A stretch of DNA of 62,560 nucleotides, the filler included. It is 11 parts of 11 records of this genome, joined end to end, with 100 filler letters (N's around TTAATTAATTAA, not from the genome) between each part and the next. Parts side by side here need not be neighbours in the genome. Positions count along the whole stretch, not along the records: positions 58,587 to 62,560 come from SRR7504441_15898; 10 more parts are not named here. One strand, written 5' to 3'. Of this stretch, positions 58,587 to 62,560 are shown piece after piece; position 1 is the first letter of the stretch, and each line of letters starts with the position of its first letter. The translations under genes and the position numbers were made by a program. Under the pieces are notes generated by a model. That model did not search any database, was not told the origin of the DNA, and was given only the letters and a program-made list of their open reading frames with translations.

Positions 58587-60212
58587 TGCACGCGCTTGAA
58601 GGCCTCTTTAAAGTGGTGAGCTTTGAACGAGAGCTCCCGTTGGATCATCGCGCCGTCAGCCCCGTCGGGCCCCACAACCTGCCCTCCAGCTCAGCTCACG
58701 CGCCGGACACTGTCTGACCGTGATTTGGTCGTCGAAATGCAGCTTGCCCGCCCGGGGCACGTCCCCGCCGGGGCCGGGCCGCGGCTTTTGCGCAACTGTC
58801 ACCAACACAGGCTAGCGTGGTTGGACCGGCCGACTACACACCCGCTACAGGCTTGCTGGCAACTGATCGCATGCTGTAAAGCGAGTTGGAGCACACCATC
58901 GTGTCCGGCTTGTACCCGCCGAATATATAGAGCACTTGATTGCCAGTCTCCACAGTCAAATACGCCCGGGCGCCAATGTCGGGGCCCTGTCGACACTCAG
59001 CACAGCCCGCAGCAGCCGCCACCTCCACATTCAGTGCACCCCAATTCCCACTACTGCTGTACACAAGCGCCGTCGGGGTCTGGGCCGACGTGGTCACGCC
59101 GAATGGATTGAGCCCGCCTGCTCCCGGAGTGAGCCCATCCCAGTACCACACTAGCACCGAAGATGACAATCTCGCCTCCCAGCACGGACGCGGCGTGCGC
59201 AAACCGCGGGGGGAGCCCTGGGACGGGCGAGGAGGCGATCTGCGACCAGGCCCCGGTGGATATGTCGAATGCGTGCACATAGTCGAACGACGGACCGTAG
59301 ATCCGGTCCCCGTTCGTGCCACCGGTCACAACAAGCCTCTGCTCCACCAGCGCAGCCGAGTGGAACGCCCGCGGCGACGGCAGTTCGCCTGCCCGTGGCT
59401 CACCCCCCTGAGCGGTGGCAGTCTGGGCACCTGTGACCCCGACGACTGGGAGCCACTTGAGCTTTGAGGCATCGAACACGAAAAGATCGTTGAACGAAGC
59501 AGTTCTGGTGGTGCCCCCGAACAAGAGCATCCGGTGATTGTCGAGTGAAGTGAGCGTGTGCCCCCGGCGCGCGCACGGCATCGAGCCCTTGATGGTGTCC
59601 CACTGGTGACCAGCCTCCTCAGAGTACTGGAGGATGATGGTGTCGTCAAAGCACTGCGCTCCATTGGCCCCACCAAACAACACCACCGCGCTGCCGCCAC
59701 TCGCGTTCCTGATACAGGACGCCGCGTGGTGCGACCGGCCCTCGAGTACCCTGCACCGGCACACGGGCTGCCTCAGGCAGGGTCCGACCCGACCCCGGCC
59801 AGACAACGCACAGCGCTCGCCGACAGCACCACCAGTGTGTCGCGACCCAACTACCGGGCTGACTCGCTAGGCGGGCCGCACCGGTTCCCGCTGTTGTCGA
59901 ACGGGACTTGTTGCCAGCTGTTCTTGTTTACGCTGTACGACCATATGCTGCGCCCCACCGGTTCAGCCCCACGCGGGCAGCCGGCTCACTCGTTGTAGTA
60001 CACGCGCTGCACGTGCGGGTTCTTGCCGCTGCCAGCCGCGCCCAGCTCAGCGCGCCTGCAAGCGAGCGGGGGGGGTGCCTGTCTCCGAAGGTCACCAGAA
60101 GGTGGTCGTTCACCATGGTGAGGCAATGCCCGCACCGGGGCGCCGGGCCCACCCCCGCGGTCAGCCGCTGGAATCCAACGGCCCCCTGGCTCGGGGCGAT
60201 CGGGTCGGCCAT
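58587..60212 (-). CDS. Kelch-repeat protein, 3'-truncated
   Basis: PAPRCGH, YYNDIWSY, GRSHHAA..VVLFGG, ARRGHTL..LLFGG..FNDLFVFD, SPRAFHSA, PRFAHAA, LYIFGG. Confidence 0.88.
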
Positions 60213-60330
60213 CGGATCTCTCCCGGCCGGCTGGCCCGTGCGATCAACCCCGCTGCCGTCACTCACGCCCGCTGGCTCTGCCCGAGCTGCGCGCCCTTCA
60301 AAAGTGCTCACTGCTGGCGCGACTGCAGCT

Positions 60331-61173
60331 ATGGCCACCGCCGGTGGTAAGGCTCTCGGCGGTGGTAATGCGTACCAGACGCTGGGGTGTGCCCCGGGCG
60401 CCTCCGAGGTCCAGATCCGCGCGGCCTTCCGCGCGGCCGCCCTTGCGCACCACCCCGACCGCAACCCAAACGACCCCGGCGCGGCGGCGCGGTTCCTGCG
60501 TGTCCGGACCGCCCTCGAGCAGCTGCTCGATCCGGCCACCCGCCGCGCCCTGGACCAGAGCCTGGGCCGGCCAGCCCCGAGCCGGCGCGCCGCGCCTCCC
60601 CGGGCGTCGGCCACCAGGGTCTCCGCCCGGGACCGGGCTCGGATGGACCAGCTGCGCCGGAAGCTGGCCGCCGAGGAGGCGCGGGCCGGCAGACGGAGCC
60701 AGCCGGCGGCCGAGACGTGGCAGCAGCGGCAGGCCCGGGTGGTGGCGGCCGGGCGGGAGCAGGGCGGGGTCGGTCCACGCGAGGCCGCTTCCTGGCTGGA
60801 GGAGGAGGAGGCGGCGGCGGCCGAGCAGGCCGGGGGAGGGTGCACTGTGCTGGTCAAGTGGCGGGCCGGCGAGTGGGACGAGCCGCTGGTGCGGCGGCTG
60901 CTCGGCAAGTACGGCCAGATCAACTGCGTGCTGATCCGGCAGCGCAAGAAGAGTGGCAAGGGCAAGGCAATCGTGGAGTTTGCCACATCTGAGCAGGCGT
61001 CGGCTGCATTGTATGCCAAGCTGCGGCCAGCCCGCGGAGAGCCTGAGTTCAGTGTAGCGGCCCCGAATGACGCGGGCGTGTGGGCCGAGACGCTGGTAAC
61101 CCAGCGCGACTTGGAGTCGGTTGATGCCTTGCTAAGAAGGAGATCGAAAGCGACTGACAATGAAAACGGCTAG
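60331..61173 (+). CDS. DNAJC17: DnaJ domain + RRM protein (DNAJC17/Cwc23-like)
   Basis: J-domain with HHPDRN, LLDP..RRALD, coiled coil, then RRM VLVKW...KYGQI...GKAIVEF. Confidence 0.85.
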   Translation: MATAGGKALGGGNAYQTLGCAPGASEVQIRAAFRAAALAHHPDRNPNDPGAAARFLRVRTALEQLLDPATRRALDQSLGRPAPSRRAAPPRASATRVSARDRARMDQLRRKLAAEEARAGRRSQPAAETWQQRQARVVAAGREQGGVGPREAASWLEEEEAAAAEQAGGGCTVLVKWRAGEWDEPLVRRLLGKYGQINCVLIRQRKKSGKGKAIVEFATSEQASAALYAKLRPARGEPEFSVAAPNDAGVWAETLVTQRDLESVDALLRRRSKATDNENG

Positions 61174-61218
61174 CCAGTCTAGATAGAGATCAATCGAGCA
61201 TTGTTGAGAGTGTATAAC

Positions 61219-61953
61219 TTAGGACAAGGCTTCGCAGGCAGGGATACTGGCGTCGTCTGCTTCTAAATGATCGTTCGCGTCGTCCGAATCGGCAAGCATC
61301 GCGGCCGCCTCGGCGTTGATGTCGGCAGCTTGCAGAAGCACATTGATCACGTCCGGGTCCGCAAGGCGTGCCCGCTTCCTCTGCTCCCACCAGCTCAGCC
61401 GCCACTACGCCACTGCCCGACGCGCACCTCGCCACCTGCGGCGTCCTCATCGCCGTCGTCATCCTCGCCCTGGTCGTCGGACCCCTTGTCCCCCTTGCTG
61501 GCATACAAGGGTCCATACTGCCCCCCAGCCGCTCAGCCGCCCTGCAGCTGGGCCCGGCGGCGCACGTCGTCGTTGTTGCGCGACTCGATTGCTGGGGCTT
61601 CGTGCTGCTGTAGCCGCCGGACCACCTGCCACGCCAGCGGTCAGAGCGAGTACGAAGCGGCCCTGGGCACGTGCGCTCGCCGGTCCCAACAGGGGTGCGG
61701 GGGTGGCGGCACCTGCGGCATGGTAGTGCTACTGTACTGGAAGACTTTGCCCTCGGGCTGGGAGGTGGTGATCATCAGCCCGATCTCGCAATCGCACAGG
61801 ATGGACAGCTCCATCGCCTTCTTCATCTAGCCCCAGCCGCTCCGGCGCACGGCGGTCCGGGGGGCGCACCAGCCCGGACTTGCGCTTGTTGAAGGTAACC
61901 TTGCGGACCCGGATGTCGTCGATGGTCTTGATCTCGATCTTCTTGCGTCCCAT
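61219..61953 (-). CDS. MEF2-type MADS-box transcription factor; 4 introns
   Basis: [45 protein letters not shown]...KVFQYSS, followed by a MEF2-like ESRNNDD segment. Confidence 0.95.
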
Positions 61954-62096
61954 GCTCACCGCAAGGCTTGTCCGCGGGGCTGAGTGAACCCAACCCAGAG
62001 AGGTCTCAGCCCAACGCGCGCCCCTGCCGTTGTTTGGAAATCCAACAGCCCGACGCCGAGGCACTGGTCGGTGGGCGGGCGGGCGAGAGCCGGGTG

Positions 62097-62560
62097 ATGT
62101 TGTCCCCGCGGGGTGATGTTGACGACCACGACGACCCGTTCTACGTGGTCAAGGAGGAGGTCCAGCACGCTGCTGACACGGCGGAGGCCATCTTCACCCG
62201 GTGGCAAGAGCTCCTCAAGAACACCAACACGGCCGAGAACGATGAGTTCGACTGGACCACCTCCGAGCTGATCAGCAACCTCAAGAGCATCGAGGGCGAC
62301 CTGGCCGCCCTGGACGAGACAGTCAGGTCCCTCCCCCTGCCCCGGGGCGGCGTGCGAGTGGGCCCGGCAGCATTGTGGAGAAGAACCTCGGGCGATTCAA
62401 CCTGGATGCCGACAACATTGAGCTAAGGAAGCGCTTCATCGACGACACCCGGATGCGGATCCAAAACATCCGCTCGGCGATCGACCACCCCACCACCCAT
62501 CAGAAGATGGAGCGCGATCGGCGGGCGGTGCGGACCCCCCCCCCCCCCCCCCCCCCCCCC
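62097..62560 (+). CDS. STX6: Syntaxin-6/10 (Tlg1/SYP61)-like Qc-SNARE N-terminus, 3'-truncated
   Basis: DPFYVVKEEVQ...FTRWQEL...WTTSEL...SIEGDLAALDET...RKRFI. Confidence 0.88.

Noticed and set aside
59908-61160. Long overlapping antiparallel ORFs (421 and 410 aa)
   Set aside because: They are explained by the divergent kelch (ATG 60212) and DNAJC17 (ATG 60331) genes plus stop-poor GC-rich sequence.
3956-61870. Introner-type mobile introns
   Set aside because: The introns share length and end motifs, but I saw no near-identical intron sequences or terminal inverted repeats. An all-vs-all intron alignment would be needed to exclude this fully.

Overview
This is not one locus. It is 11 short eukaryotic contigs joined by artificial 100-bp linkers (44 N + TTAATTAATTAA + 44 N), so adjacency across a linker means nothing. 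The source is a GC-rich, very gene-dense eukaryote, probably a flagellated heterotrophic protist; I cannot name the lineage. Its genes are split by tiny (~35-55 nt) spliceosomal introns, which is why the ORF track is fragmented. Manual splicing recovers about 35 genes. These include Raptor, a divergent ABCE1/RLI, an ABCG, a MEF2-type MADS factor, syntaxin-6, DNAJC17, STPG1, TMEM230, M6PR/ATG27, GPR137/TOM1-like, a GH38, three MGH1/GH63-like hydrolases, a purple acid phosphatase, an NDK-like protein, a divergent CCT-like chaperonin and several EF-hand proteins. The main highlights are: (1) many mini-introns that can only be spliced at GC donors lacking the usual GCAAGT consensus; (2) a tandem calcium-sensor domain fused to a catalytically dead M1 aminopeptidase; (3) an ABCE with a remodelled Fe-S domain; (4) a C5 DNA-methyltransferase C-terminus missed by the ORF track, next to AT-rich repeats; (5) near-systematic head-to-head gene pairs with 30-145 bp between start codons. 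All exon models are hand-derived and lack transcript support.
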